Source of the DNA: Lama guanicoe
Taxonomy: Eukaryota
Reading direction: 5' to 3'
Assembly: GCA_013239625.1 (NCBI GenBank)
Contig: MU054391.1
Location: 2,571,130 to 2,635,129, forward strand
Length of the DNA: 64,000 bases
Shown here: piece after piece, positions 1-12,105 of the stretch
Position numbering within the stretch: position 1 is the stretch's first letter
Layout of the letters: each line of letters starts with the position of its first letter
Position numbers and translations under genes: made by a program
Notes under the pieces: model-generated
Databases searched by the model: none
The model's input: only the letters and a program-made list of their open reading frames with translations
Told to the model about the DNA's origin: nothing

Positions 1-319
1 TGACGATATATTTTAAAAACACCTGTGTATGTCTACTCTGGATAGGCATGAACCTTATGTTTTAAAAAATTAAGGAGAGCCTGCATAAATTAAAATCTAA
101 AACATGCTCATGCACGAAGAGAGAAAATGAGGCAGAAACCCCAGCTTTCCCCGTGTTGACCTATGCACTCAATAGCATTCCACAGACTGATTTTGTTTTC
201 AATAGTATCAGGTAATCTGATTCTAAAACAATGCAACAGAGGTAGAGAATCCAAGACACTAAGATTTCAAACCCTTTAATCTGGATTTCAAGAGTTTGCT
301 TTTCCTAAGCCCTGCCTAC

Positions 320-433
320 CTTCTCCTTGAAAAGCTCTTCTTGGTGTAGGAGGCGGGGGTGAGAGCTTGAAGTCTGAGTTGATCCCACGTCCTCGGTGTC
401 CCCAGGACCTTCACAGCATTCATCATGCAATAC
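320..433 (-). CDS. TNIP3: Candidate internal coding exon, 114 nt, phase 0/0, VLHDECCEGPGDTEDVGSTQTSSSHPRLLHQEELFKEK; tentatively an upstream exon of a long TNIP3 isoform
   Basis: Minus strand reads ctgcaag|GTATTG...GAGAAG|gtaggc. The length is divisible by 3, it is open, and it is not a recognisable repeat. The acceptor pyrimidine tract is weak. The gene name comes from memory of TNIP3 long-isoform N-terminal sequence only and needs BLAST. Confidence 0.45.
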
Positions 434-809
434 CTTGCAGAATAGCTGCTTTTGTGCCTTTCTCACCATTCCCAGTTGATTATAAATGCTTCGCAGAAAG
501 AGCCCACCTGTGATCACCTCTGACTCTTCTCAGAAGCCTTGCGCTCATGCATCCTCTGTTCAGCGCACGCCTACTGCGTGCTCGTTCTTGTTCTGAGCCG
601 TTTAGACACAGACGTTGGTAAACACACGAGACTACTGCCTCATATACTTATGCTCCAGGGTGCTCCCTAAATAAAATTCAGTGAATGAGGGGTACAGATG
701 TTTAATCACTAAACAGTGAAGCTCATTTTGTTCTGGAAGACATCACGTTAGCACATTTAATCAAGCATGTGAAAAGGGTATTACCTAGAAAATATTCATA
801 CACTATATA

Positions 810-921
810 GTTAGAATTGTAGAATCTTAGAGTTTAACTCAGAAATTATTTATCTAACAAAATAACTTCCCTTTTCAGATGAGGAAACAAAGTCTTAAAG
901 AAGGCAAAAGAATTTGTTCTA
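810..921 (-). mobile_element. MIR SINE fragment
   Basis: MIR core-like cttttcagatgaggaaacaaagtcttaaagaagg. Confidence 0.5.
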
Positions 922-984
922 AATTTTTGTTTATTGAAGTAGAGTCAGTTTACAATGTGTCAATTTCTGGTGTGCAGCACAGTT
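922..984 (-). mobile_element. Very short camelid-type L1 3' tail
   Basis: tttattgaagtagagtcagtttacaatgtgtcaatttctggtgtgcagcacag is the reverse complement of the L1 tails at about 17470, 26140, 33390 and 34925. Confidence 0.75.
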
Positions 985-3559
985 TTAGAGCATTAGACCC
1001 TGGGCCACATCTATTTTTGGTGTGAGTGAACTGAAGGATTAGGACAGTCAGATAAGCGAATCTTTCACACAAGTGGCTGAAGATTTGGGTCTAATTATCA
1101 GTGTGTGTGGAAAGGTTGACCCTGTCTCCATCTGAGGCTGCACTGTTTGGTCCCCACTGAGAGAACATCGCTGATGCGCTTACAAGGACGGACCACGTGA
1201 ACGGCCTTCCTCTGTGCTAGTGCAGCCGCATCAGAAAAACGAGAATGCTTTAAGCTCCTTGGAGCAAATCAACAAGCAGCAGAAGTGAGGGTTTTCAGCA
1301 AAACGTGTCTCTGAGGAGAAGGCGTGAGAACCAAGGTACCTAAACATGGTCCAATTCAAATGAAATCTGCAACATGTTTTTGGAATCTAAGCAGGCAGTG
1401 GCAGCCTTTGCTGTGTGGGCTGCTCATGAGAGTGGACCCTGAGGCTCTTAGAGAGGCAGGATTGCGACTTCCTGGCCATCGAGATAACTAGGTAATTCAC
1501 CAGAGAGTGAAACCTCTTCTCACTGGTTTATGGAATTTGTCCTAAACTGCATGCATTTATTTTCTTGAAAAACCCTCAAGCATTTGCTCAGGTTCCTAAT
1601 GCAGATGGGAAAAAAAAAATCTTTATTTGGATGAAAAAAAATCATATTTAGTTCTAAATGCTGATTTACCAAGGCATGCCCTTCTAAGCAGAGCCTTCTT
1701 TTCTGAATTGTTGAAATGTATTATATATCCTCCATACAAAATTCTTTGCTTTGAAGTATTATGTGAGAAGAATTCAGTTGTTATTACAGAAGGTTGGATG
1801 TCTACATATGTAAAGAGAATTTCTCGTCATTTCTAAAATCATGTATAATAGTCGTCATGCCTTATCCACATTGTTACTTTTAAAGCCTATCTAAAAATTT
1901 CTCCCAATGAACTCAATCATTTCATGATCCTAATTCATCTCTGAGCATCATATATTAAAACAAGATCCTCATCACCAAATACAACTCGGCTTAATTTCAA
2001 AATATCTCATTAATTTGCAATAATAAGATATAATGAATATTTATGGAAGGTTTTATCTGTACCTGTTAATTTGCCATGATGTGTCACTGAGAAACCAATC
2101 CTCTAAGCTGAAACCAAGAAATGACAAAGTGAAAAGCATATCAGATAATGCCTTATCACCACCTCTTGAGACTCCAGCACAGTATAAAAGATAATACGTT
2201 TTCTGCAAATGAAAGTTTACTGTATAATTCACTGAATACACCACAGGGAGCTGCACTCACAGTTTACTACTTCTAAATATCATTGCTCTCTCCTGCCTCT
2301 CCCACGTCACCCGTAAGGCGAAAACCAATGTCTTCCTTCAGCAGAAACAGCAGAAATCAATTGCCTTCAAGCCTAGATACTGGATTAAAGATCATTTGGA
2401 TTACAGATCAAAGAAAAGGGCATGTCGGCAAGGCGTCAGGGTGCTTTACGAAGGGTCTGAGAAATGTGTTGGGTCTAGTTCGTGGTCAGTTGCTCCGCGG
2501 TCTGAAGGCACTCTACTGGAGCCATTACGCCTTCTCGGGGCTGTAGCTCCACTCACGGTCACTGAGCAGCTTTCACTGCGCACCTTCTTCGCGGTAACTT
2601 CATTTGCCTCAAAGCAGCACAAGATGATGGTTATTTACTCCCACCAGTTTACTGCAGAAAAGCAAACTAACACATGCTGGAAATCGGCACATCTTCCTGA
2701 TTGATGAGCCGGGAGTTCAGTTCCTTCTTGCACGTTGAGTTCTTAAACCGTTATCTGTTTAAAACAGGCTACGATTTCAGCCCAATTCAACTTGCTCTTA
2801 CCCTCAAGCACAGGTTTTGTGTTCTGACCAATAACTGGGGTCAGGGTCAGAACACTCAAAGAATTGCAATGTGAAGCTGCGAAATTGTGATCTTCAGGAT
2901 GTAAATGGGGACGTTTTCAAGTCAGCCACAAAGATCAGAACTGCTGACTGTGAAACAAGAATATTTCGAAATCATTAATTTTGCAAAGCAAGGGGTCTGT
3001 AGGCTAATTTACTTTTATTTCTGATAAAGAAAACATACATCAATCGGAAGGGCCTTAGTGTCAATTTTGAAATATTAATGTAGTAGAGTTAAAGGTTTTA
3101 AAGTAACTTCTGCAGTATAATTAAATGATTAAAATGCCCTCATACTTTGTAATAAAAAGATTAAAATATTGATTTAGTTTAAACCCTGACAAGTTAAATA
3201 GGAATTTTAAAATTAGTTCAATAATCCGTGAAAAGATAGAATTATGGTGGAGGCCACAGCAACCAATGAAGGGGACGAAATGAAGGAGAAGAGATCAATC
3301 CAAGAGAAGGCAAGAATTAAACAGGAAGGAAACTAGGACAGAAAGAAAATAAATTAAATGAAATAGGAGAAACATATTCAGCACTTACAATCAAAGCAAA
3401 TGAAACAAATCCTCCTGTTTAAAAAAAGAGGAAAAAAAACATTGGTGGGCATCCCTAAACACACAAGAAGAAAAAGAAGGAGCGGGGGGGGGGAGGAGAA
3501 ATGGGTGAAATGTACACAGGACACGTGTAAACAACAACAAACAAACAAACTGCTGAAAT

Positions 3560-5490
3560 CGTTGCTTAATGATGAGCACTTTGTACGTTGCAGCAGAAAA
3601 ACCAAAAGCTGATAAACAGGAACATTTCCTAAGGATAAATTAAATACCTCAATAAAGCAAGAAGCTATAACAGTAGTAAACTTGTAAGCACTCTTAAAAT
3701 GTATCTTTTTTATCACAAGATAGAAAATACAAGAAGAGAGACCATTTATAACAGCAAAAAACAAGATTAAAAATAAGAACAAAATTAAATATGCAGAATT
3801 ATTGTGATGGAAATATAAATGTATCTAAAAAAACAAGAATAATCTAGAACAAATAGCAAGCTCTCTCATATGACATATAATAAGAATATAGGTCAAAATT
3901 ATAAAGAACTGAGATTTCCAGTGACAACAAGAAAAACGGATAGGGACACAACACTGAAGAAGTTAAGAAAACACCCTGAATTGTTAAGTTGGAATTGGAA
4001 ATATGACCGTAAGCTCAATATGTTTCATAGAAGTAACTTTGCTAGCCCCGTCTACCAGAAGGCCCTAAAAGAAATAAACCTTACAAGTAGTAGGAACCAA
4101 GGGAGCCTAGATTGTTGTCTCCAGATACCATTTTCCAGCAAAGGAAGGAATAAACACTTGGAGAATTTCTAGGACAAGGAAAGACAAAGTTGTCCTGAAA
4201 TGACTTGTGCCAAAAAACGAGGTCCACGTGACTGAGGAGGGCACATGTGGAAGACAGAGAAGTCAGATTGACATTGTTGTTAGTGGCCAAATATGGGACA
4301 ATTACAGCATCAGGAATGAATGCTCCCTGTAGTTTATGGTACCACATTGAATCAATAAAGATCAATGTGCTCATAGAGATGTGAAGTTGGGGTGGGGTGG
4401 AGAGAGCACATCATTTGGCATCATTATTTGTGACAACTAAATGTTTTTCCTGCTTTTTCAGGCAGAACCATAGTGGTTCATTCTCAGTCCATGAGGAAAA
4501 ACCTCTCTTTTCACAAGGAGTAGTTCAATAAATGTGGAAGGAATTAGAAAACATTGTGCTTCAACCCCAAAGAAAATAATTGATTCAGTCAAGGATCATC
4601 AATCATTAATGGACGCCGAAGTCAAACACTGAAGGTCTGTTGGGAAAGATATTTCCAAAATGCCAAAGGTTAGTCCCAGTAATCCTTGCTAATTGGAAAG
4701 GAAAAACAAAAATTCAAAACTCAAAGCACAATGAGAAACCAAAGGAGAAGTGGGGGAGGGATAAATCAGGAGTTTGGGAGTAACAGATACACATTACTGT
4801 ATATAAAACAGACAAACAACACGGACCTACTGTAGAGCACGGGGACCTGGATTCAATAGCTTGTAATAGCCTGTAACGGAAAATAATCTGAAATATATAC
4901 ATATATGTGTGTATATATATGTATATATAAAATATACATATTTATATATCTGTATCTGAATCACTTTGCTGTACACCTGAAATGAACATTGCAAATCAAC
5001 TATACTTCAATAAAAAATAAAATAAAACACAATGGAGAAATGCAACCTTGATCAATTTATCCAACTTTGCGTAGTAAATAGTGAGACATCTGAAAACATG
5101 TGCCTTCTCTGAAGAGGAACAGCAATCAATGCAACAAATGAAATTTAGTTGGACCCTTGCTTATAAATATAAAAACAGGCATAACATATTTTTTGATAAT
5201 TGGTAAAATTTGAATATGGTTTGGATGCTGCACATTGTAAAATAATTCTGAGCATTCCGTGGTTTAAGAATGATAATGGGGTTACTGTAGGTAACTATCC
5301 TATTTTTAAGCATAAGCTATCACAATGCATATAATTCACTTTCAAATGATTCTGCAGGAAAAAAAGATATATAAATGAGTCACTAGATAGAACAAGTATA
5401 GCCAAATATTTTGAGTCTAAATCATAGGCATCTTTGCATTCTTGTTCACTGGACTTTTTCTTCCATTTTTGAAAATTATAAAATTAAACA
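3560..5490 (+). mobile_element. Highly decayed old L1 (L1ME/L1MC-type) ORF2-3'UTR region, interrupted by a younger L1 tail
   Basis: Strongly A-rich plus strand, with L1ME-like 3' motifs (ggtaaaatttgaatatggtttgg, acttttttcttccatttttgaaaattataaa). Confidence 0.55.
4738..5023 (+). mobile_element. 5'-truncated cetartiodactyl L1 3'UTR with TSD
   Basis: gggataaatcaggagtttggga...ctactgtagagcacgggga...tgctgtacacctgaaa...atacttcaataaaaa, flanked by aaagcacaatgagaa (4723-4737) and aaaacacaatggagaa (5024-5039). Confidence 0.85.
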
Positions 5491-6221
5491 TTCAATGACT
5501 TTCACAGCTCAATTATCTGGTCTATTCAGTAGACATCCTCCAGGCCAAGACTCTGAACTCACACAAGTGTGGTACATGGCCCATGGACCTAGTCTTGCAT
5601 AGGAAGGCAAACGCATTAAGGAGGGAGAGGTAGATCTCCAAGCATTCTGAAGAGTGGAATAATCATAAGTTGTTAGTCATAATCCTAGATTGGACAGAAC
5701 CACATGACAGAACTTGTAGCTCTGAGAAGCAGAAGCCTGGCCCCGAGGATGCAGACTCGCCTCTCTCGTCACACCAGCCACCTGACACCCACGTTTGTTA
5801 CACCAGCATCTCCTCTGCCAGTGGCATCTTAATAAGTGCTGTGGAAAGTAAGGGGAGACACTACTCTCAGAATATTATTTTTTACTGAATAAAAATTTAT
5901 TGAGCTTCCATGATGTTTGGCTAAGAGTTCTAGCAAAACCCAGGTGTGAATCTCAGTATAAACTTCAGCATGTTTCTAACCTGGCTCATTATCAGCCTTC
6001 CAGTGACAGCCCAGAAGATAGTGGAGAAGAGTGTGATGATGACAGTGATGAGCAGAAGGAGACTAGAAAGGTGGCAACATCTGGACCCTCAGCTGGTGTC
6101 CATGCTCCTTTTTGTGGGGTTTGCACAGTCCAGTGACAATGACGATAGTCTCATGAAGCAAAGCTCTGAGATAGACAGGAAAAGAGGCTCTGGGGCACCA
6201 AGCTGAAGACAGAGGCTAAAG

Positions 6222-6320
6222 CAGGTGTGGTCAGGAAAGGCTTTCCAGAGGAAGTGACACTCAAGCTAAATTTTCAAGGCTGGGTGTAAATTAGGTAGGT
6301 AAATTTATGCCAGGAGAAGC
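6222..6320 (-). mobile_element. L2 fragment (appears to continue at about 9089-9185)
   Basis: gtggtcaggaaaggctttccagaggaagtgacactcaagctaaa is a typical reverse L2 motif. Confidence 0.6.
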
Positions 6321-6655
6321 TCTCTGGGCTAAATATGGGTCTCCTCCCCAAAATCCATATGTTGAAACTTTAATCCCCAGTGTGATGGCATTTGGAGGTG
6401 GAGCCTTTGGGAAGGATTTGGTGGGGCCCTGACAATGGGATTAAGGTCCTTAAAGGAAGAGATATGAAAGAGCTTGACTCCTCTCTCTCTATTCCTTCCA
6501 TGTGAAGACACAGCCAGAAGGTGGCCAACTGCAAACCAGGAAAACAGCCTCACCAGTGTCACCAGACACTGGATCTGCAGCACCTTGATCTTGGACTTCC
6601 AGCCTCTAGAATTTTGAGAAAAGAATTTCTGCTTCTTAAGCCACTCAGATTGTGG
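6321..6655 (+). mobile_element. MLT1A-type MaLR LTR, main part (last ~30 bp displaced to 9058-9090)
   Basis: ccccaaaatccatatgttgaaactttaatccccagtgtgatggcatttggaggtggagcctttggga...gcaccttgatcttggacttccagcctctagaa...ttaagccactcagattgtgg. Confidence 0.9.
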
Positions 6656-9055
6656 CACCTCAATTTATCACACTTCTCTCTATTGCTCTTTGAAGATTTT
6701 TAACAAATTGAAGGTTTGTGGCAACAAGTGAGTTGTGTTGTGAGTTGTGGGTTGATCAAGTCTACTGCTGCCATTTTTCCGAAAAGCATTTGCTAACTTC
6801 ATGTCTTTGTGTTACATTTTGTTAATTCTCGCAATATTTTACCCTTTTCCATTGTCCTTATATTTGTTATGGAGATCTTGATCAGTGATCTTTGATGTTA
6901 CTATTGTAATTGTTTTGGGGCACCCCACAAACCACAGTCATGTAAGACAATGAATGAATTGATAAATGTGTGTGCTCTAAGTGCTCGCTGACCAGCTGTC
7001 CCCTTGTCTCTCACCCTTCCCTCAAGCCTCCTTATTCCCTGAGACACAGCAATACTGAAATCTGGCCAATTAATAACCCAAAAGTGGCCTCTAAGTGTTC
7101 GAACGTAAAGAAGAGTTCCACGTCTCCTACTTTAAACCAAAAGCTAGAAATGATTAAGCTCAGGAGGAAGGTGTGTCAAAAGCTAAGACGAGCCAAAAAC
7201 GAGGCCTCTTGCGTCAAACAGCCCAGCTGAGAATGCAAGGGAAAAGTTCCCGGAGGAAATTAAAAGTGCTGCTCCAGTGAACACACAGACGCTAGGAAAG
7301 CAAAGCAGCACCATTGCTGATGTGGAGCAAGTCTGAGTGGTCGGGACAGAAGATCAAACCAGCCACCACCTTCCCTCCAGCCAAAGCCCCATCCAGAGCC
7401 GGGCTCCAGCTCTCTTCAATCCTGTGGCAGCTGAGAGAGGTGGGGAAGCTCCAGAAGAGAAGATCGGAATGAGCAGAGGTTGGTTCCTGAGGTTTAAGAA
7501 AGGACGCCATCTCCAGAACATGAACGTGCAGGCGGAGCAGCCAGTGCTGATGTGGAAGCTGCAGTGCGTTCTCCAGAAGATTCTGCGAACGTAACTCACG
7601 AAGGTGGCCGCACTAAGCAACAGACCTTCACTGTGGATGAACCGGTCTTATACTGGGAGCTGCCATCCAGGACGTCCATAGCGGGAGAGGAGACGTTAGT
7701 GCCTGGCTCCAGAGCTTCACAGGACAGGCGACTCTCCTGTTAGGGGCTAAGGCAGCAATGACTCGAAGTTGAGGCCGATGCTCATTTACCATCTGACAAT
7801 TTTAGAGTCCCTAAGAATTATGGCAAGTCCACTCTGCCTGTGCTCTGTAAATGCAACAACAAAGCCTGGATGACAGCACGTCTGTTTAAAACACTGCTTA
7901 CTGAATATTTCAAACTCACTCTTGAGACCTACTGCTCAGGAAGGAAAGAAAAAAGATCTTTTAAAATATTAATGCTCACTGACGATCCATCTGATCACCC
8001 AAGGGCTGTGATGGACATGTACAACGAGACTAGCGTTGTCCTCATGCTGCTGACACAGCACCCATCCTGCAGCCCATGCGTCAAGGGCGGTTTTTGACTC
8101 TCAAGCCTTCTCATTTGGAAAATGCACTTTGTGAGGCTGTAGCTGCCGTGGACAGGAGCTTCTCTGATGGATCTGGGCTGAGTAAACTGAAAACTTTGGA
8201 AAGGATCCATCATTCTAGTTGCCATGAAGAGCAAACATTCATGATTTATGGGAAGAGGTCAACGTGCCAACATTAACGAGAGTTTGGAAGAAGTTGATTC
8301 CAGTCCTCCTGGATGACTTTGAGGGGTTCAAGCCTTCAGCGGAGGAAGGAACTGCAGACGCAGTGGAAAGAACAAGAGAAACTAGAATTGCAAGTGGAGC
8401 CTGAAGAGGGGACTGCATTGCTGCATCTCACGGTGCAGCTTGCATGGACGAGGAGCTGCTTCTTGCGAGCGAACAAAGGAAGTGTTTTTATGAGATGGAC
8501 TCTCCTCCCGGTGAAGACGCTGTGACGATTGCTGAAATGACAGCAAAGGATTTAGAATGTGCCGTGAACTTAGTTGATGAAGCAGTGTCAGAGCCTGAGA
8601 GGACTGACTCGAGTTCTGAAAGGTCTGCCGTGGGGAGAGCACGATCGGACGGCACTGCCTGCTGCAGAGAAATCGTCATGAAAGGAAGGCGAACGGTGCG
8701 CCGAACTTCACTCTTTCTTGATGTTAAGAAATTGCCACATCCACCCGGTTTCAGCACCCACCACTCTGATCAGTCAGCAGCCGTCAACACCGAGGCAAGA
8801 CCCTCCACCAGCGAAAAGATTAGGGCTCAATGAAGGCTTGGATCATGGTCAGCATTTCTTAACTAATAAACTATTTTTAAATGAGAGTGTGTGCATTGTT
8901 CTCTTAAGATATGCTATTGCACACTTAATAGTGTAAACATAACTTCTACGTGCGTTAGGACACAAGAGAGATGTGTGTGTGACTCACCTTACTGTGATCA
9001 TCGGTTTGTCACGGTGGCCTGGGCTGGGACTCGCAGTCCCTCTGAGGCGGGCTTG
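6654..9055 (+). mobile_element. Full-length (~2.4 kb) decayed Tigger1 DNA transposon (pogo/Tc1-mariner)
   Basis: Collinear with recalled Tigger1 consensus from acaaattgaaggtttgtggcaac to the right TIR ctctgaggcgggcttg (consensus ctccgaggtatgcctg). The left TIR is partly deleted. Confidence 0.95.
7084..8852 (+). pseudogene. Disrupted Tigger1 transposase (CENP-B-type HTH plus DDE_1)
   Basis: Start ATG is changed to GTG (VASKCSNVKKSSTSPTLNQKLEMIKL). Fragments SRGWFLRFK, QQTFTVDEPVLYW, NNKAWMTARLF, LTDDPSDHP and DEELLL lie in different frames. QPMDQG reads QPMRQG, so a catalytic Asp is lost. Multiple frameshifts and stops. Confidence 0.93.
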
Positions 9056-9057
9056 GA

Positions 9058-9090
9058 TTCTGTCGCAGCAGCCTGAGCAGACTGGATGGA
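9058..9090 (+). mobile_element. Displaced 3' terminus of the MLT1A LTR
   Basis: ttctgtcgcagcagcctgagcagact resembles the MLT1A end ttttgttatagcagcccgagcagact. Confidence 0.75.
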
Positions 9091-10586
9091 AGGCAAGCCA
9101 GGGCAGTGGTCCCTCTGACTCCCACGTACGGGGGGCGGTGAGAAACGAAAAGACACGTTTCGGAAGTAACCTAAGAAGCAGCTAAGTGAAAACCATTTTA
9201 ATACCTTTGCATAATAGAAGCCTTGGTCTAGGTTTAGAGGGTCACCCTCTGCTAAGCTAAGCAGCTCAAACTGTTTTAAAATTATGAAGCAGTAAAGGAA
9301 AGACACATGTCGAGAATGAAAATCATAGAATGTTTTATTTTTATTTCTTCTCTTGTTATGCATTCCTATCACCTCAGACAGTGGGGGGAGGTGTAGCGTG
9401 GCCACCACAGTCCAACGTCATTGGGTTTGCTGCATCTTTCTGCTGTTTCACAGTTGTCTGTTGTCATGGACATGTTAGACACGTGGTGGTGGGGACCATG
9501 ACTATCACTGCAAAATGCACGGCGAAACTGGGCATGAAAGCACAGGGAACCTCATCGTTCCCAGCTCTGGCAGCGAGGCACAGCCTGTCTCGCAGGAAGC
9601 ATCGCCACATAAGTGATGATTACAGTGAGTGACGAGGTAAGGATTGACAGACCGAGGAGCTTCTCAAGAAAGCAGTGCCCTCGGCTTTGGCAGAAAACAG
9701 CTAACGTAAAGCACAGAGAGCATCGTTACAGCTGAGCAGTCCCATAACCGGAGACCTTGGCTGTCCAATTCATTTTATAATCAAGAGTCCTGAGGTCAGT
9801 CACCTCTTTGTTTCCAAGATACGGAGGTCTCCTTTGGCTGACAAATTACCTACAACATCATAATAAAACAAGAAACCCTTCCAGGCTGGAGAAAGGCTGA
9901 AAAAGTGGAGTGAGTTGGACATTTTGGTAGGTCATAATTTGCGGGATCTGGGGAAGCGCATCGCTTCCAGACGCCTCTCAGCCACGTGCTGTCCCAGGAA
10001 TTCTATCAAGATCTCGTGTAAAAATAACTACACTCCCCAAAGTAAAAATGGAAGTGAACTCTTTGCAAAAATAGCAAATGTTGAAATAAGGGGCTCACCC
10101 CTCGAGTGTCAGGCCACAACCAACCTCAGTAGATTTTGTATAACAGGATGCTCAGGGATGGTGAACACTTGACTCGGTTGCATTTCCACACTCATAGTTT
10201 CTGCGTTCTGATGTCCAATCTGAAGTTGCAGTATTTAGTATTGCACAGACATCTGGCTTGCCTAAAAAAAGAAAATTAAAAAAAATTACATGGGTGAGTG
10301 AGTTTATTTTTTTACCAAGAGGAAAAATATTTCAATAAGCAGCTATGTTGAGATTAACCCGATGTTACTTGTGCACCATCTGATCTGTCTGAGGAATCTG
10401 GCTCATATTCCCCGCAGGAAGATTTTACACGCACGGGAGTGCTCTTTAGCTCTGTAAGACTCATTGTGAGCAGATGAAATGGTTTATGTGGTCCTTCGAA
10501 ACAGCAAGAGGATGGCGTCAGAGGACCTCAGGGCTCAGTGCGAATCTAAGAGACAGCAGGAGCCTCCACACACACAGCCTAAACCG

Positions 10587-11023
10587 TTGTGATGGTGATT
10601 TCCTGTGTCGGTGTGGCTGCACAGCTGTGCCCAGACGTGTGGCCAAACATTGTTCTAAATGTTTCTCTGAAGGTATTTTTTAGGTAAGATGAATATGTAA
10701 CTCAGTAGACTTTGAATAAGCAGCTTACCTTTCCTGAGGTGCGTGGGACTCAGCTAGTCAGCTGAAGGTCTTACCAGAGCTAAGACTGGCCGCCCCCAAA
10801 GAAAAGGGAGCGGGGAACCCCCTCAGCAGGCAGCCTTCGAACTCAGACGCAACAGCAACTCTTCCCTGGATCTTCAGCCTCACAGTCACGAGCCAGTTCC
10901 TTAAAGCAAATCTCTCTCTCTCTCTCTCTCTGTATATATTTATATTTAGATACACAGGGAGAGAGAGGCAGAGAGAGTGAGCTATCCTATTGATTCTGTT
11001 TCTCAGGAGAAGCCTGATAAGAC
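10587..11023 (+). mobile_element. MLT2-type (ERVL) LTR with internal (TC)n
   Basis: tgtgatggtgatttcctgtgtc...gtgcccaga...ggccaaacattgttctaaatgtttctctgaaggtatttt...gagccagttccttaaagcaaatctctctc...cctattgattctgtttctcaggagaa. Confidence 0.88.
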
Positions 11024-11924
11024 CTCACACCTCCTGTTTGGTTAAAGGGATGGAAAGAGATGCCTCGTTGATGCACATATTTAGGTGGAACCCTCTCTTG
11101 TTGGATGCCGGTGCCGGACTTCCCTTTCTGTTTGTCTCAGATGCACGGGAGAACAGTTCATTGAAGCTGAACCTTGTAAGGAGTCCCCCTCCGGGCAGCG
11201 CCCACAGTCTCCCCTGCACAGACAGCCTCCCTGCCCCTGCGCCCTTCCCCTCTGTCCCTGGAGAGAGAAGGTGTTTGGAGCTGAGCTTTAGAGAAAGCAA
11301 ACAAAGCGAGGTGCACACTGTGGCTGGAGGGGCTCGGGCATCCTGCCGGGAGCCCGTAGAAGCAGGTGCTGCGCGTTGGAATCAAACCGCTGCGGCCTGA
11401 AGTTACCAAGGATTTCTTTCTAGAGCCAAGGTTTCTTAATTCACCTCACAGCCTGGTGAATTGATCCTGACAATAATAAAAAAGAACGTTTTTTCAAACC
11501 ACCCAGCCTCCCTTCCTTCAGCCCCATCTACCGCTACCTGAAAGGCTCCACACTTGAAGCAAGAGCGCCTGGGGCCATCACTAATTCCACAGATTCCAGA
11601 AAACTTCCACAGGCCTTCACTGCTCCAGCCTCTGCTCCTGGAAGACTGTCTCGCTGATTTCAAGTGCATGAAAAGGAAAATCTGTATTTAAAAGTGCACT
11701 TCAAAACATAGTTAGAAATCTCAGTCTTCTCATTTCTTACTAGCCTTTCTTGAAGGGTGTGTTGCTGACACGTTTAGAATGACGGCCCCGGGGAGTCTGG
11801 GCGGTGGGAGCTGAGAGCAGAGGGATCAGCTCTTCGACCCGCCGCCCGCGTCTCTGCCGCTGCAGAAGGCTGGCTGTGCTTGCCCGCCCGGGCGGGAGCC
11901 CTGCTTAGGGTCCAACAGCCAAGG

Positions 11925-12105
11925 ACTCAACTCCTTTCCTGTCACTCTCAGCCATATCATTAATTAGGACAAGATACCTGGAGCCTTGAGCCATGGACTT
12001 CTCTCTTATAAAAGGGAATAATCATTCCTACATCAGTGGGTTGTATGTTTATGGATTAAATTAGAAAACTTGTGCCTGTGACATTAAACAGTCAAGGAAC
12101 GTTAG
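11925..12105 (+). mobile_element. MIR SINE
   Basis: ttctctcttataaaagggaataatcattcctacatcagtgggttgtatgtttatggattaaattaga. Confidence 0.65.

Noticed and set aside
7084..8852. Domesticated Tigger gene (TIGD1-like)
   Set aside because: Start codon lost, many frameshifts and stops, catalytic Asp replaced
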